64,000 nt of DNA from Octopus sinensis (Eukaryota): contig NC_043000.1 in the NCBI RefSeq assembly GCF_006345805.1, positions 139,872,001 to 139,936,000 of the forward strand, written 5' to 3'. Below the pieces are notes generated by a model, which saw only the letters and a list, made by a program, of their open reading frames with translations, had not been told where the DNA came from and did not search any database. How positions within the stretch are numbered: position 1 is the stretch's first letter; each line of letters begins with the position of its first letter. Shown one piece after another: positions 26,870-41,462 of the stretch. Position numbers and translations under genes: made by a program.

Positions 26870-28700
26870 GGAATCATTGGCATAGAACTTCAGGCTCGAA
26901 CTGATTCGGACAAACAAAAGTTTAATGGTATTCCCAACTGACTTCTTCACTGCATAAAGTAGCTAGCAATTCAAACTTTGCATTGCGTGTTCACAAAGAA
27001 ATTCTATAGATCAGAAGAGAGAAGCAATTTTAGATTTTTTAACCATTAAAATTTTTCTTATACTTTGATCCTTTCATGAAAGACAGTTTAAGTAATGCTG
27101 GAAAGATCCCTCAAAGAAAATCATAATTATTTGTGTTCGAAAAGTTTGCATTCCACCGCAAATTTCTGCATAGTGTCCATAACACCGAATATTTTGGCGC
27201 CATATCTACTTTGAATCAGATAAATCGAAAGCAAATGACAGGTGCAACTTGATGTTTCAATATTAACTTTAAGGAGAAGCCATTGATCTAAAAGTGGATT
27301 GGAGAGAAATGTATTCAGTAAAACAATCATGTTGAAAATTGGCGAAAGTAAATTTAAAACAAATTTTAAAAGATGAAACACCATTAGTATACTGTCAGTT
27401 GTAGATTTCAATACTATGATAATACTGCAGTATGGCTGGTTGTAATAGTTCAACAGAGGATTATTGAAAAACATTTGCACTTCTAAGTTTATTAAGTTCG
27501 GTCGATAAATTTCACTTTGGTGAAGTTTATGCTTCATAACATTGCATACTGGTGATAACTTTCCTCGGCGCAACTTCGCTGCATTATTCATTCTTACTTT
27601 CTGAATATTCTGTTCACAATAAATAAATAAATAAAACTATACTATGAGTTGTCAAATCTCAGTCTAAAACTTCATAGAGTCCCTGAACAGCGGCTATGAC
27701 TCCCAACTCGTTTGTGAATGTTTTGAGACTATAGTAGAACTTTAGCAATAAATAGCAGATGATAAAAATCAGATTGCTATTACGATAGATGATTCAGAAA
27801 GCACATGCTAGATCAAAATTTGACATTTAATTTCTGGCACTGTTTAGCTTTTACAATAAAATTCTTATTCTGGTTGACTGTGTTTAGGAATGGTTTCAAG
27901 ATCATCTCTGAACTTTCGTGATGATGCTTGTGATTAAAAAGGCTCTTTAGATTTTAGTTTTAAACAATAGTCAAGAAACTCTAGCCAGTAAATCACATGA
28001 CACTGGACAGATACTAAGAGATAAATGGAATAATAAAGTAGAAAGAAATTTCAGAAAGTAGAAAAATAAATGCTGAGTAAAAACGCCAAAGATGCAGATT
28101 TAATTGCAAAAGAGGTAATTAAAAGAACAATGAAAGAAATTGTTGATTGCAAACCCAATGAACTGGAAGAAACATTTGTTCTTCTCTGTGCTTCAATTCA
28201 AAATTTGAATTCCTTTGAGATGTCGAGGAGCTGGAGTTTGATTTAAGGGGCAACAAGACCCTTCATAACGTAATTAACTTGAAGAAAATTTGCTTCAATC
28301 TTAGACAGCTTTATTATATTCATACAGACCCATTTGAGCTTAATGAAGAAATCTTCGACTGTAAGGTACTTATGAAAAGTAGCCCAAACCTTTAGAACTC
28401 TAAAGCTAAGGAGCTTTATTTTATTGTTTCGTATGGAAATTAAAAATTTCCCATCAGATTACAGACAATCTATACAGATAATTCTTGCTACAATTACTAC
28501 AATTTTACTTTCCAGGGCCAAATGATATTTCAGTAAATTGAAATGGGTTTTATGATACTTGGGAGTTTCATAAGGGTTCTAAAAAGTGAGTGTTGGCTTT
28601 AACCTTGCATAAAATTGGACATGGAGGAAAATGATAGCGTAAATATTATTGATATGTTTACGTCATCAAAAATATAAGGCACACACTTTCAAAATTATTT
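26870..28700 (+). pseudogene. Highly decayed hAT transposase (ZMYM1-like/DUF4371 region plus C-terminal dimerisation domain)
   Basis: Frame-hopping motifs: YYDNTAV-MAGC..VQQRIIEK (~27410-27470), VITFLG, KNAKDADLIAKEVIKRTMKEIVD (~28075-28150), FIVSYG, FSKLK, IIDMFTS (~28650). Confidence 0.7.
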
Positions 28701-29300
28701 TTACAAAAATCTAAATTAGATGCAACCATCTCTGCTAAATTTCCATATAATTAGAGCTATTTTATTTCAGTAAGTGCTTACACATTACTAATTTATTTTA
28801 TGTATAAATCATGTATGCATATGCAGACGTTTTATGATTATATAATTTTACTTACACTATTACAAACACACACATATGCATATATGGTTAGAGGAAAATT
28901 AAGCGCAGGTAGCAAGTCAAAGAATAAGGCATGCAAAAGCATTAACAAAGGCACAGATTTCCTTTCATCAGTTCCTGCGTGAATTTCATTGCGATTTCAG
29001 CATGTTAAACAACAGCATCGCTTGAGTGCAACAATACAAAGTATTGTAGGAGCTTCAACTAGAAAACTCGTGAGGCATGAGAAGCTGACGCTAGACAGTC
29101 TTTATCACAATGAACATTTATGTACTGCGTAATTTCATCGACAATAAAATCATTCCAATCTCGTATCTTGCATTTGCATCTATACATATATACATAAATG
29201 CAAATTTGTGTGTATGTGTGTGTGCTTGCACGCTCGAATTTATGTGTGTATATATAATCCACAGAGTTTATGGAACAGCAAATCACAGTATAGGTGATGT

Positions 29301-29473
29301 AGGCGCAAGAGTGGTTCTGTGGTAAGTAGCTTGCTTACCAACCACATGGTTCCGGGTTCAGTCCCACTGCGTGGCACCTTTGGCAAGTGTCTTCTACTTT
29401 AGCCTCGGGCCGACAAAAAGACTTGTGAGTAGATTTAGAAGACGGAAACTGAAAGAAGCCCGTCGTATATATG

Positions 29474-29510
<37 letters not shown>

Positions 29511-29617
29511 CTGTGTTTGTCCCTCCAGCATCGCTTGACAACCGATGCTGGTGTGTTTACGTCCCCGTAACTTAGCGGTTCGGCCGCAGTAAAATAACTG
29601 AAGCAAGTAAAAGAATA
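29301..29617 (+). mobile_element. SINE-B with internal deletion in the 3' half
   Basis: Head aggcgcaagagtgg, CORE-like region; deletion joins ggttcggc to cgcagt. Confidence 0.9.
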
Positions 29618-30499
29618 CTCAGGCTATTTGTTGTCTGGTATCTTATGGTCCTTAAACAAAAAGTCAGTTTGCTTTACTAATTAGACTTACTCGACAACGG
29701 TTTTATTTCTTTAGAAAATTTATTCCATCCTATAACCATTAAAACAGTTATTGCTCTCCAAGTGTGATATATTTTGATTTGCCTCATCTTAAAGATGATG
29801 AATATGATTCTTTTTACAATATCGTAAAGAAGTTTGTCTTATAACATGAATTAGAATATCTATATAAACAGTTTCATATAAAAGTACGATAATATGATCA
29901 TAAGTAATTTCTTATATTTGAAATTCAATCGAATGACAGAATGCCTGGACCTTACTAAAGGAGAACCACGTAACTATCCCCAAAAAGAAATTTTAATTTT
30001 AATTTGAAAAATGAGGATAATTTGAGACACTTCAACCTGCGATTTAATTATTTTTCTTATTCTTGATTACAATAGTTTGCATGTAATTTCAATATGAAGG
30101 TCATCTTTCCTATATTTTGCATACTTACCGTTTCATGATGATAACGATCTTTTATGATCTGAGGTGATCCATGAAAAGAAGTAAATAATAACACAATGCT
30201 CCCCATTTGGATTCTATTTTCCTTTGTAGTATTTGAGAAGAGAAGAACGATCCCTGTGTAGCTGTTCTACTTTTAATTACAACTGAGGATATATTATACA
30301 ATTCAGGTTACCATTTCCTACTAGCAAAATGCTACCCACTATTGACTGTTGAAATAATTTTCAATCAAGAAATATAGGATTAAATTCTTATTTACTACAG
30401 TTATGACAATTTTATATTGCAATATTATAATCTTACTTCGGTTACTATTCCTTATTTTTCTATAATCAATCGGATAAAATGGAGGCCGAAATTTGAACT

Positions 30500-31650
30500 A
30501 ATAAAACTAAGGATTAATTAGCTGTCTATCAAGATTACTTCGATAAACACAAAACCTTCTTCCAAAATTTAAAATTTCCTCAGCATTGCTGAACACCATT
30601 GCTACCTCTCTGCTTTTGTTAAATTATAGTACCTCCTGTTGTGTAGGGATTGTTTAATTTCGTACTGTTCGGATTCCATCTCTTTATCACGTTTCATGTA
30701 GTATTTGTACACCATTGCATCAACATTATTTTCTCTAATAATTTACATCTAAAATAGCCATGATTTTAAAGACACATTGTACATTAGATTGATGATAAAG
30801 ATCAATCTTATTAACAAATATGTTATTCTACCGTTGGGTATTTTTTCTTTCAGCACCTTAGCTAATGCTTAATGAGACTACCCACATAAATTTGTTCATG
30901 CACACTAAAAGCAACAGAAACGTCGACCACGTGGTTCAGCCATTTGATTCCCCCATTGAAGCAAATGTAAGCTGTAAGTTCTTATGTTCTTAAAACAGAG
31001 AACTATAAAGTTGACGTTGAAGGATCTTAATGCTAACTTTATGATAGTTATTATTAAAGGAGAGATCATTGTATCTTTCAGCAGAGAGTAATTTGCTTCA
31101 TAAAACTGATGCATTACACTAAATCCTCTCCAAGAATGATTTATAGTATTTCTTTCAAAATATATACTAAACGATTTCTGTACTGCATTTAGCTGTTTCG
31201 TCCTTATCGCATATTCTCGGTCACACGATATCTTCTAATGCAGTTATCACATATCGGTATGCATTCTTTCATATCATTCCATTTACTCACAATACACGTC
31301 GTCGTTCTTGAGTTTCATCTTCCTACTGCAGCCGTTTCTCTTAAATTATCTGTGCTTTCTTAAGGTTCTTCTGCTCACTTTCAAATCTTGTAGAAGTAAT
31401 TCTTAATTTAGATCCTCAATCATTTGGTTTCGTTACTTTTGGCTTTTACTAGAAAGTCTCATTGTTTTTGCTGAATTTCTTCTGTACGTTTTTCTCATTC
31501 TTCCTTTGTTTCACCTTGTACTCTACTTCTTGTAGGAAACTGCTTCTCTCTTTTTATTATTATTTAACAGCTATTTCTGATCTATTGGCGTATTTTGTTC
31601 CTGCTTCTCTCTGTCTATTTGTTGTCTTCTCAGCTGAATGTGCTTCTTGA
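30500..31650 (-). pseudogene. Possible ancient APE-type LINE relic (linker/RT region)
   Basis: Only weak motifs, such as CKLLEKI at ~30690-30720, and a purine-rich minus-strand bias. Confidence 0.3.
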
Positions 31651-32765
31651 ATTTGTTTGGGACGATGACTTTAATAATTTGTGTTATTCGTTTTGCTGCT
31701 GTAGCGTCCAGAATCGAGCATGTTTCGCAACAGTTTATAAACAGTGCATTTGAGGGGCCAAATCTATTGTCTTCACAGCGATATCCACTACTTTTCTCTT
31801 TATGGGTGAGCTATTTCCATTGTATTACATATATATGTGAAGTCAATATCTCTTTAATTATTCACCGATTCCTATTTATATTACACGAATATATATACTT
31901 ACTGACGTACACTTATGTCCACACACCTACACACGCATAAACACACATAAACACACACACATAAGCTCATGCAGCGACTTTAAATAAACTTTTTAAAGTA
32001 TTTTGCGAAAATGAAAATGATTTTACATCTTGGTTCATGTAACAAACGAATTTTGGGGAAACTAGACAGGACAGATATTCGGTTAAGGAAATTACAATTG
32101 TCTTTTATAATGTACCCCCCAAAAAATTTAAAAGAGAGGGTAGTAATGAAGAGTGATAAACGAAGACACAGTTATGTCGCAAAAGTTACTGTTCTAGTCT
32201 TACACTTATTTCTTTTATCACTGTTGTAAAGGACTGCCTCTCACTTCTAATCTTCGTTCTCCTTTTCCTTGACATTTTCTCTCTTTACATTGTCTCTCTC
32301 TCACTTACCCATGTTATTCTCTTTTTCTCTCTCTATTTTCACTATCATTCTCTGGTGTTCGAAATTTATACATGCATATATAAGTTCATGTGTATACCGG
32401 CGCGTACGCACACAAAAGTAGATAGATCTGCATGTCTGTATGTGTGAGTGTTTTATAATACATATATGTGTATACCCATATGTCTGAGTTTATTATGAAT
32501 TATGAAATAACAGCTAAGATTTTTATCATGCACAAAATTAAATATTACATCTTTCTGAACATTAATTTCAGATAGAAAACAAAAATAAATTTACCAAGAG
32601 CACTCAATCTACGTCTATATCTTACACAGAGTGTCATGGAGTTGAAAAGTTCACTTAAAGTAGGTCGAGATTTTAACCTGATTTGAGAGATGAAATAGTA
32701 ACATAGTTTTTTAATATTTTTTTATTATTCAAATTGCTCTTTGTAAATGTATAATATTTGTTTCT

Positions 32766-32905
32766 GACAGGGGCACAAGACCAGCAATTTTGAGAGCAGT
32801 GCGCAAGTCAATACCATTAACCCCAGTACTAGACAGGTAGTTTCTTTTAAGGAGCTGGTTGGATCATAGACGAAGTTAAGTTTGGCAGGAAAGGAACTCA
32901 GTACG
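32766..32905 (-). mobile_element. Old SINE-A-like copy
   Basis: ggcacaagaccagcaattttg..accccagtact..aactcag pattern as at 50465 and 11658. Confidence 0.5.
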
Positions 32906-33154
32906 CAAAGAAATACTGTAAAAATTCGATTAACGTTTCACTGGAAAAGTTAACTGCTCTCATATGACATGGTGATTATAGAATATACGAGTACCAGTTT
33001 AACGGTACTGGGATTATAATAGTAATGGTTAAGATTATCGAATTTATGTGTGTATGTGTATGCATGTATTAAAATTCTTTCAAATTTTAACATCTTCTTT
33101 TCTCTATTTTTAACAAATTTGTTGAGTACCTTTCCATAAATGCTCATAACACAC

Positions 33155-33265
<111 letters not shown>

Positions 33266-33977
33266 TACATATATATATTTCGTCCGGCGTACTAACGTTT
33301 GTGAACATTCGCTGCCTTAACACACACACACACACACACACATGTGTGTGTGTGTGTGTGTGTGTTATGTATGTATGCATGTATGTGCATATGTAAGTGT
33401 TGGGATTATGTTGATTCATTAATTGCTATGGTTTCAAATTAATCTGTAACTTCCAGTTATTGATAATATTCAGAATTTTGTGTATTCGCTGACCTTCATT
33501 TGCGCTGTTGCCTATTTCTGATATTGAGTAAGAGTATTAATTCGTTCCAAGATCAACCTAGTCACACCCATGTATTTCGCACTGTTCGTCTCATCTCTTT
33601 AATTACTAAAGTTTATTTTGCCACTCATTAGCTCTTTGTGCACTCCCTTTCCTTCTTTCAGTGCAATTATTTGGAACGTACCGACAAAAGGACAAAAAGA
33701 AACAGAGTAACATCATGTAGTGGCAGACCTTCGATGTTAAAGGCAGTTGTATATTTTCAGTATCACTGACAAAACAAGTCTTGTAAAGTGTGGTGGGAGA
33801 ACAAGCAATTCTCCGAAAAGGTTCCTAGTATTTTTAGGTCCAATGGTCATGAAACCTCAGTAGAAGGCCACATTAACAATAATTCCTTATCAAACTCATA
33901 ATTACAACTGGCCCTTAATTCCTGTCTTAACTCCACCTCAGTCTTGGCATTATTTAATGACACGCGCACTGGAAGAA

Positions 33978-34337
33978 TTGCTTAGCGGTATTTCGCCCGT
34001 CGCTACGTTCTGAGTTCAAATTCCGCCGAGGTCAACTTTACCTTTCATCCTTTCGGGGTCGATTAAATAAGTACCAGTTACGCACTGGGGTCAGTGTGAT
34101 CGACTTAATCCCTTTGTCCTTGTTTGTCCTTTCTGTGTTTAGTCCCTTGTGGGTAGTAAAGAAATAGGTATTTCGCCCGTCGCTACGGTCTGAGTTCAAA
34201 TTCCGCCGAGGTTGACTTTACCTTTCATCCTTTCGGGGTCGATGAATTTAGAGCCAGTTAAACACTGGGTTCGATGTAATCGACTAGCCCCCTCCCTCAG
34301 AATATCAGACCTTGTACCTTTAGTAGAAAAGATTATT
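33978..34337 (+). mobile_element. SINE-A head-to-tail dimer (unit 1 tail type 1, unit 2 tail type 2)
   Basis: Two gttcaaattccgccgagg units joined by aaagaaata|ggtatttcg at 34166/34167. Confidence 0.9.
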
Positions 34338-34964
34338 GAATGACACCCATCTTGTCCCTAGTTAAGGCTACAGCGTAGATACGACAATTGCTCTTCATTG
34401 TTGGCCCGCTAATCACTGGAAGCATAATCGCTTCAATTTTAAAGCAAAATTAACTTAAATAACCCCACCTTATAGACAGACTATGGCACTTTTTAAAATT
34501 CAAGATAAAATCGACATTTTTTAGCATAGTGCATTTCTGTGTGATAGTTTTTGTTTCTTTTGTTTCTTATCTAAAAATGAGGTACCTCAGAAAAGCAAGC
34601 AGTGGTAGCACTACCTGCTCTCTTCCGGTATTCTTTGGACTTGAGTAGCTTCTTGAACCTCTCAATGCCGACTTCATAAACATTGTGAAATGGAATATAG
34701 AAATGGTGTTATCATACCTACCAAAACTGCAAACATATTCGTCGTAAAGTTCTTTGTGATAAATCAATTGAATATTGATCCATGACTTCTGCACTGTTTG
34801 TTTAATTCCCTCCCTGGTCTATTACGGTGGGAAAATTTATCCGTCACTTGGTTTAATACTCTCCTTTATTCTTTGGTTCTTTAGCGGAGTCCACTAAGTT
34901 GCCAGAATTCGGTGTTGGGAAGAAAGCATTCTCATCCATCCTATCTCGGAGGGTCATGTATATA

Positions 34965-35335
34965 TACTCTTTTACTCTTTTACTTGTTTCAGTCATTTGA
35001 CTGTGGCCATGCTGAAGCACCACCTTTAGTCCAGCAAATTGACCCAGGACTTATTCTTTGTAAGCCTAGTACTTATTCTATCAGTTTCTTTTGCCGAATC
35101 GCTATGTTACGGGGACGTAAACACACCAGCATCGGTTATCAAGCGATGTTGCGGGGGACAAACACTGACACACAAACATATACATGCACACACATCTACC
35201 AAATCCACTCACAAGGCTTTTGTCGGCCCAAGGCTATAGTAAAAGACATTTCCCCAAGGTGTCACGTAGTGGGATTGAACCCAGAACCATGTGGTTCGTA
35301 AGCAAGCTACCTACCACACAGCCACTCCTACGCCT
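34965..35335 (-). mobile_element. SINE-B, full length with shortened central microsatellite
   Basis: tactcttttacttgtttcagtc...ccactcctacgcct. Confidence 0.9.
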
Positions 35336-35361
35336 ATATATATATATATATATTATATATA

Positions 35362-35394
<33 letters not shown>

Positions 35395-35544
35395 AATTTG
35401 TAAACGAACCAGAAGGCTGTAAATTACAGAGAAGAATGACACACATTGGTCCTTTTTAATAATAACTATAATTATATATTGTTTATATATAATACTATAT
35501 GCCTCGTTTAAAGCGACTAAACCTTACAGTCAATTCTTTTGATT

Positions 35545-36052
35545 TAGTTCATTTAAATGGACTGGGTTCTCCTGCTTGTGTGTCACAGTGCAAAGCTATA
35601 TTGCCAGACACAGGTTCTTTCACCAGCTACCCTCTTGATCTAGGGCAGTACTACCTCTTCCAGGCACTTAATGTAAGCCTTTGTGTTGAGTTTGAGGCTC
35701 TGTGGGAAGATGAATGGAGACATAACGTCGCCATCACTAGTAGTCACCAGAAACACCATGATGCTGACTGGATGTTTGATTTTTATCACTCTTTGTACAT
35801 GTCCTCAGATTGTACTGTCCTGAGATTGACAATCAAACACTCTGAAATTTTTGTATTGGAGATTGCGGTGCGAATGTTAAGTAATACAGCATGTCGTTTC
35901 CAAATTTCTAGCAGCGTGGATTGCGTCATGGCGCCCAGACGTTGCCCAACTGACCCTACTATGCTGTGTAGTCGACAAAATCAAAAACAATCAATGCACA
36001 TGCGCAAAATTAAAAAAATATAAAATGGCGATAAGTTACCCATCGCACTCTA
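35545..36052 (-). mobile_element. Internally deleted Tc1/mariner (maT-like) transposon
   Basis: Terminus ta|gagtgcgatgggtaacttatcgcc; MTQSTLLEIWKRHAVLLNIR..ISECL.VNLRTVQ (HTH) fused to IMVF..TTSDGDVMSPFIFP..LNTKAYIKCLEEVVLP*IKRVA..VWQ. Confidence 0.8.
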
Positions 36053-36074
36053 TATATTTGTATGTATTTATGTG

Positions 36075-36106
<32 letters not shown>

Positions 36107-36334
36107 TGTATGTATGTATGTATGTATGTATGTATGTATATATCTATGTATGTATGTATGGATGGATAGATGGATGGATGTGAAAATGTGTAAGTATGTG
36201 TGCATGTATATACATTTTATTTATACTGTTTCTCTTTATCCGAGTGTAAGAATGCAAATATTTAAAATGACAATCTCTACATACGCTGGGGATAAATTCC
36301 TTCTTTCTTCAAACCCACGCACACTTGCATGCAT

Positions 36335-36409
<75 letters not shown>

Positions 36410-37144
36410 TCATATGTACCCACTACACACGCGCGTACGCACGTATCATTTTGTATCCAAACAAGTAACTTCAGGATAATCCATATAGAATTACACAACA
36501 GATTTGAACTGACATCTGCATTACGTTTGTCTGAAAACTAAACATATTGATCACAATACTCACGAGGCATATGATAGGAGATCTCAGCAGAAAATTTAGC
36601 TAGTGAAAATGACTTAGCAGTTTGTATAAGGAAATAGGCATATTTTTCATATCAGAAGCGATTGAAGAGACGATATGAAAGAAATTTTTTAAAAAGTATA
36701 TATAAAGATAGAAAGAAAAATATAGAAGATAGGAAAGACAATTTCCCTTAGTATATCTGTACAGGTGGCTAAATAAGACGAGTTATTTACATAAATGTCA
36801 CTGAAAGCTTGGTACTGGTTTTACGTTTTTTTCTTTTATTTTGGTCAGGTATATTGTAATCTCTCGCTCTTTCTCCTTCTCTACCGTCATCTAAATAGCT
36901 AAACGATGTAAAGTAATCCTTCATGGATGAGTGAGTGGGACTTACTATCTATCTTTGACGCACATGTGTGCATATTCCAATAAATTTTGTTTGTAAAGAA
37001 CGCAATGCATTTCTTATCTGACAAAAAGTATATAACAAGTTGCAGACACAGCACTCGAGATGTAGCAGGATCGATATGATCGACTGAAATCTTGGATGAG
37101 GCTACCGCATAAGGAAGCAGTCTAATGATTGAAGGCAGTTATAG

Positions 37145-37362
37145 TTTGAATGATACTTTGCAGAAAATATACACACATGACCAACGTGACCGCATGGAAG
37201 TGTAGAATAAAACAATCCAAAGAGATTGGTGGTGGTGGTTGCTTCCAATACATATACATTCAATTATAAACACAGAAACACACATATGCATGCACACGCG
37301 CACACATATATGTGTGTATATATATATATGTATATATATATACATATGTATGTGTGTGTGTG

Positions 37363-37397
<35 letters not shown>

Positions 37398-37622
37398 AAT
37401 ACCCCCAAAACAACAACAACGAAGATCAAACACAAAAAAGCAACAACGTGAGGACGTGTTACATGTAAAGTATTAACAGACGCTCAGGGAGGGAAAGAAA
37501 GACGGTTTAACGTTTCGAGCAAGCTCTTTTTCAGAAACAGAGGAAAGTCCAATAGGAAAGGAAGACGGAAGAAAATCACCAACGATCCACATGTGGCTAC
37601 ATTTTGAAAATGTATATATCTG

Positions 37623-37711
<89 letters not shown>

Positions 37712-37904
37712 GGACATATATATATATATAGTATATATATATATATACATGCGCGTGTGCATGCGTATGTGTGTTTCTGTGTTTATATTTGTATTTATAT
37801 GTATAGGAAGCAACCACCACCAATCTCTTTGGATTGTTTTATTCTACACTTCCATACGGTCACGTTGGTCATGTGTGTATATTTTCTGCAAAGTATCATT
37901 CAAA
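37145..37904. repeat. Inverted repeat with ~160-bp arms enclosing a family-H element
   Basis: 37145-37306 and 37747-37904 are reverse complements with few differences; also visible as matching peptides in ORFs 37139-37435(-) and 37626-37922(+). Confidence 0.9.
37393..37612 (-). mobile_element. Family H repeat with near-intact minimal hammerhead motif
   Basis: Minus strand 37538-37505: gttt-CTGAAAA-A-GAGC-tt-GCTC-GAAACGT-T-aaac. Confidence 0.8.
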
Positions 37905-37937
37905 TTTTTGTTACATATTTAAAAAATATAAATTAAT

Positions 37938-38005
37938 CATATGTATTGGCTTAAGTCTTTCATTGTTTGATTTGCCTAATAGTGGTTTTGTCTCTAATTT
38001 AATAT
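37938..38005. mobile_element. Family X fragment
   Basis: atgtattggcttaagtctttc..gcctaatagtggttttgtctc is the reverse complement of ~23800-23860. Confidence 0.7.
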
Positions 38006-38043
38006 ATATATATATAATATATATATATGTGTGTGTGTGTATA

Positions 38044-38101
<58 letters not shown>

Positions 38102-38153
38102 GTAGATACATACACACACAAATATAGATAGGTAGGTAGATAGATAGATGGAT

Positions 38154-38225
<72 letters not shown>

Positions 38226-38701
38226 TATAGATAGATAGATAGATATGCAGGTTATTGCTGGGAATTGCTAAGAAGTTCGCTTTGTAGCAACAATGTCCAC
38301 GTTCGATGCTACTGCATGGAATCTTTCGCAGATCTTTGTTTAAATATCGCCTCGGATAAAAACGTACCATATAAATGAAATGCGTAGATGAAAACTGTGC
38401 TGTAGCCTATTGGATGGACTGTACTTGTAGCTGAAATATATTGCCTTGTGGGACTATGCCACACTGATTCTGCCTGAAATATATTCAGTTACATGATTGT
38501 TAATTCATTGAATGTGTAAATTCGTTGGCTGAACAACTGTACACCCATACTCGAATTCGGTGGTTATCCATTAAACACACGTACAAACATACTCATACAC
38601 GTACTTACATATATGCATATATACACATACATACAAACATACATATACACATACACATATAAATATATATATATACATATATATAAGTACATACGTATAT
38701 G

Positions 38702-38934
38702 TATTTCTTTATTGCCCACAAGGGGCTAAACATAGAGGGGACAAACAAGGACAGACAAAGGAATTAAGTCAATTACATCGACCCCAGTGAGGAACTGGTA
38801 CTTTATTTACCGATACCGAAAGGATGAAAGGCAAAGTTGACCTCAGCGGAATTTGAACTCAGAACGTAACGGCAGACGAAATACGGCTACGCATTTCGCC
38901 CGACGTGCTAACGTTTCTGCCAGCTCGCCGCCTT
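38702..38934 (-). mobile_element. SINE-A monomer, full length, tail type 1
   Basis: Head gccagctcgccgcc at the right end; tail tatttctttattgcccacaagggg at the left end. Confidence 0.92.
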
Positions 38935-39092
38935 CTATAAGTTCATGCACACACACACACACACATATATATATATACATATATATATATACATACATAC
39001 ATATATATATAATATATACACATACAGACACACGCATACAAAATTGTTGTCGACCACACACTCTTAACGGATATGCCTTGTGTGTTTGCCAG

Positions 39093-39166
39093 CAGGATGC
39101 GATTTGGCATGTTGGCGATTACTCCCTCAAAGTGCCGGGTTTTAAACACCCGAAAGTCAAGGACAG
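39093..39166 (+). CDS. Candidate 74-nt internal exon of an unidentified gene
   Basis: ttgtgtgtttgccag|CAGGAT (NAGNAG)...GGACAG|gtgaga; open frame QDAIWHVGDYSLKVPGFKHPKVKD with ordinary composition. No homology recognised. Confidence 0.35.
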
Positions 39167-41001
39167 GTGAGACAACTCACCTCAAATCTCAATCAGGAAT
39201 GATGAACATCGAGGATTCCTCATTTTTGTGGCTTATCAACATCGCGTACCAGAACCGAAGCTATTATTATAGCAATAGAATAGACAAAGAGATGAGAAAG
39301 TATATCTGGTCCCCAAAGGCTGAAGCGTTGCACGTCGCCGATTTAACATCCGTTGAATGGATCTTTTTCTGGATGCAATCCAAACTGGTTTTATTCCATT
39401 AACTTGAAGAAAGAAGATCCTGCCTTGTGGTGTAAATCTTTTCTATGCCAGATCTTCCGTAATTTGTTCTACAGATTCCACAGTGGAGTCACAATGATGC
39501 TTTTGATTCCTTTTTTAAGTTCTTTTAACGTAATTTTGACGTTAATTTTCTAAGACAGAAAAAGAATGGAGATCAGAGTTTTCTTTTTTATTCTCTTATA
39601 TCTGGATTATTTTGTGTTATGTAAGAAATCAGTAACAACCTCTGATTGTTGCGTGCACGGCAGTAAAAGCTATAAGTTACATAAGAAAATTAAATTAGAG
39701 AAGTTATTACAATTCCAATATAACGTCAGAGCCTCTTCTAATTGTTTAGTCTTGAGGTAAGAATTATGTTCATGACTGTCTTAGACTCTCTAAAATCGCT
39801 TAAATCAACGTGTCTAGAGTTCCATTTTAACAACTGAAAGATCATGGTTGATGGGCCAAAAATATCAATGATCTAGAAATGAAGAACCTGGTGAATTGAT
39901 CCAAATAGGTTGAGGGGAGGTAGACACAATATGGATGGCAAGGAGCATGAGACGAATGAATTAAAAGGGCCTCCATGAATACGCGGGGTGAGAGAAGCCA
40001 ACTCCCAAGGGGCCACACCACTGCGGTAGAGGTAGAAAGCAGAACCAACATAAAAGCCCATTTACATTCTTTTCTATTATGAATTGAAGCACGAGATTAA
40101 AGTAAGCTGTCCATATTTACACCATATTCAATTGTTTTCTTTCGCCAACCCCGAACAATATCTGGCAAAAGTAAAAACAGAATGTAAGAAAATAAAAATC
40201 TTTAATACCTTCATAAAGTTCATAGGAAAGTCAGTAAAGTTGATTTACCAATGACCATTAAAAGGGCTGTAAATTCCTAAAGTCATGTGTTAATATATAC
40301 ATAACTATGCCATATGAAATGTTAATTGCTCGAATAAATTCTGAATACATTTCGGAGCAGCCGACTTGAAAGTTCTACCTCTTACTTGTAATTTACGATC
40401 TTGAAATGACACATTAAATTTTCCTATATCACTCCAGCGATGGTGGGGCTACGTAATTGCTTTTGTAAACATAACAGTAGTGAAACACAATTCTTGTTTG
40501 GTTTCAGACATTAACTTGCAGACATATACTCAATCACATTCAAATAGCATATATAAAAATAGAAGCACACACACATATATAGGTATGCGTGTGTGTGTAT
40601 GTTTAAATTTGTGTGTTTCTATGCATGTGTGTATACAGACAATAATATACACCAATCTACAAATGTGATTATTCCTTACACAAAAATCAATTACACATAC
40701 ACAATTACATAGAACTGTCCAACGTATATTGAGAATGTGTGTATCAATAAATGTATGTGTGTGCAATAGCCACATGATAATGTAGGTAAATGAATAACAA
40801 AAAGAATGAAAATAGGAAGAGAGCCAAGTTGAAAATGAACTGATATCTCTTGCTTACTGCTGAAATATGTTGTCAGTGTATAAATGATATATGGGTGTAT
40901 GAGAATATGTGTATGTATATATAAATATATGTATCTAAACACAAAGGCACGCACATACAAATATTTATTTATATTAAAAACACGACTATGTTCAAGTTTG
41001 A

Positions 41002-41222
41002 TACTCTTTACTCTTTTACTCTTTTACTTGTTTCAGTCATTTGACTGTGGCCATGCTGGAGCACCGCCTTAAATCGAGCAACTCGACTCCGGGACTTATT
41101 CTTTGTAAGCCCAGTACTTTTTCTATCGGTCTCTTTTTGCCGAACCGCTAAGTGACGGGGACGTAAACACACCATCATCGGTTGTCAAGCAATGCTAGGC
41201 TAGGGGGACAAACACAGACACA

Positions 41223-41290
<68 letters not shown>

Positions 41291-41462
41291 CATATATACG
41301 ACAAGCTTCTTTCAGTTTCTGTCTACCAAATCCACTCACAAGGCATTGGGCGGTCCGGGGCTATAGCAGAAGACACTTGCTCAAGATGCCACGCAGTGGG
41401 ACTGAACCCGGAACCATGTGGTTGGTTAGCAAGCTACTTACCACACAGCCACTCCTGCGCCT
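41002..41462 (-). mobile_element. SINE-B, full length, young
   Basis: Complete head, CORE-like domain, (CA)n(TA)n and (aagagta)n-type tail. Confidence 0.95.

Noticed and set aside
27127-27591. 154-aa minus-strand ORF
   Set aside because: Antisense to the decayed hAT transposase, whose motifs are on the plus strand.
35499-36023. 174-aa plus-strand ORF
   Set aside because: Antisense shadow of the maT-like transposase relic on the minus strand.
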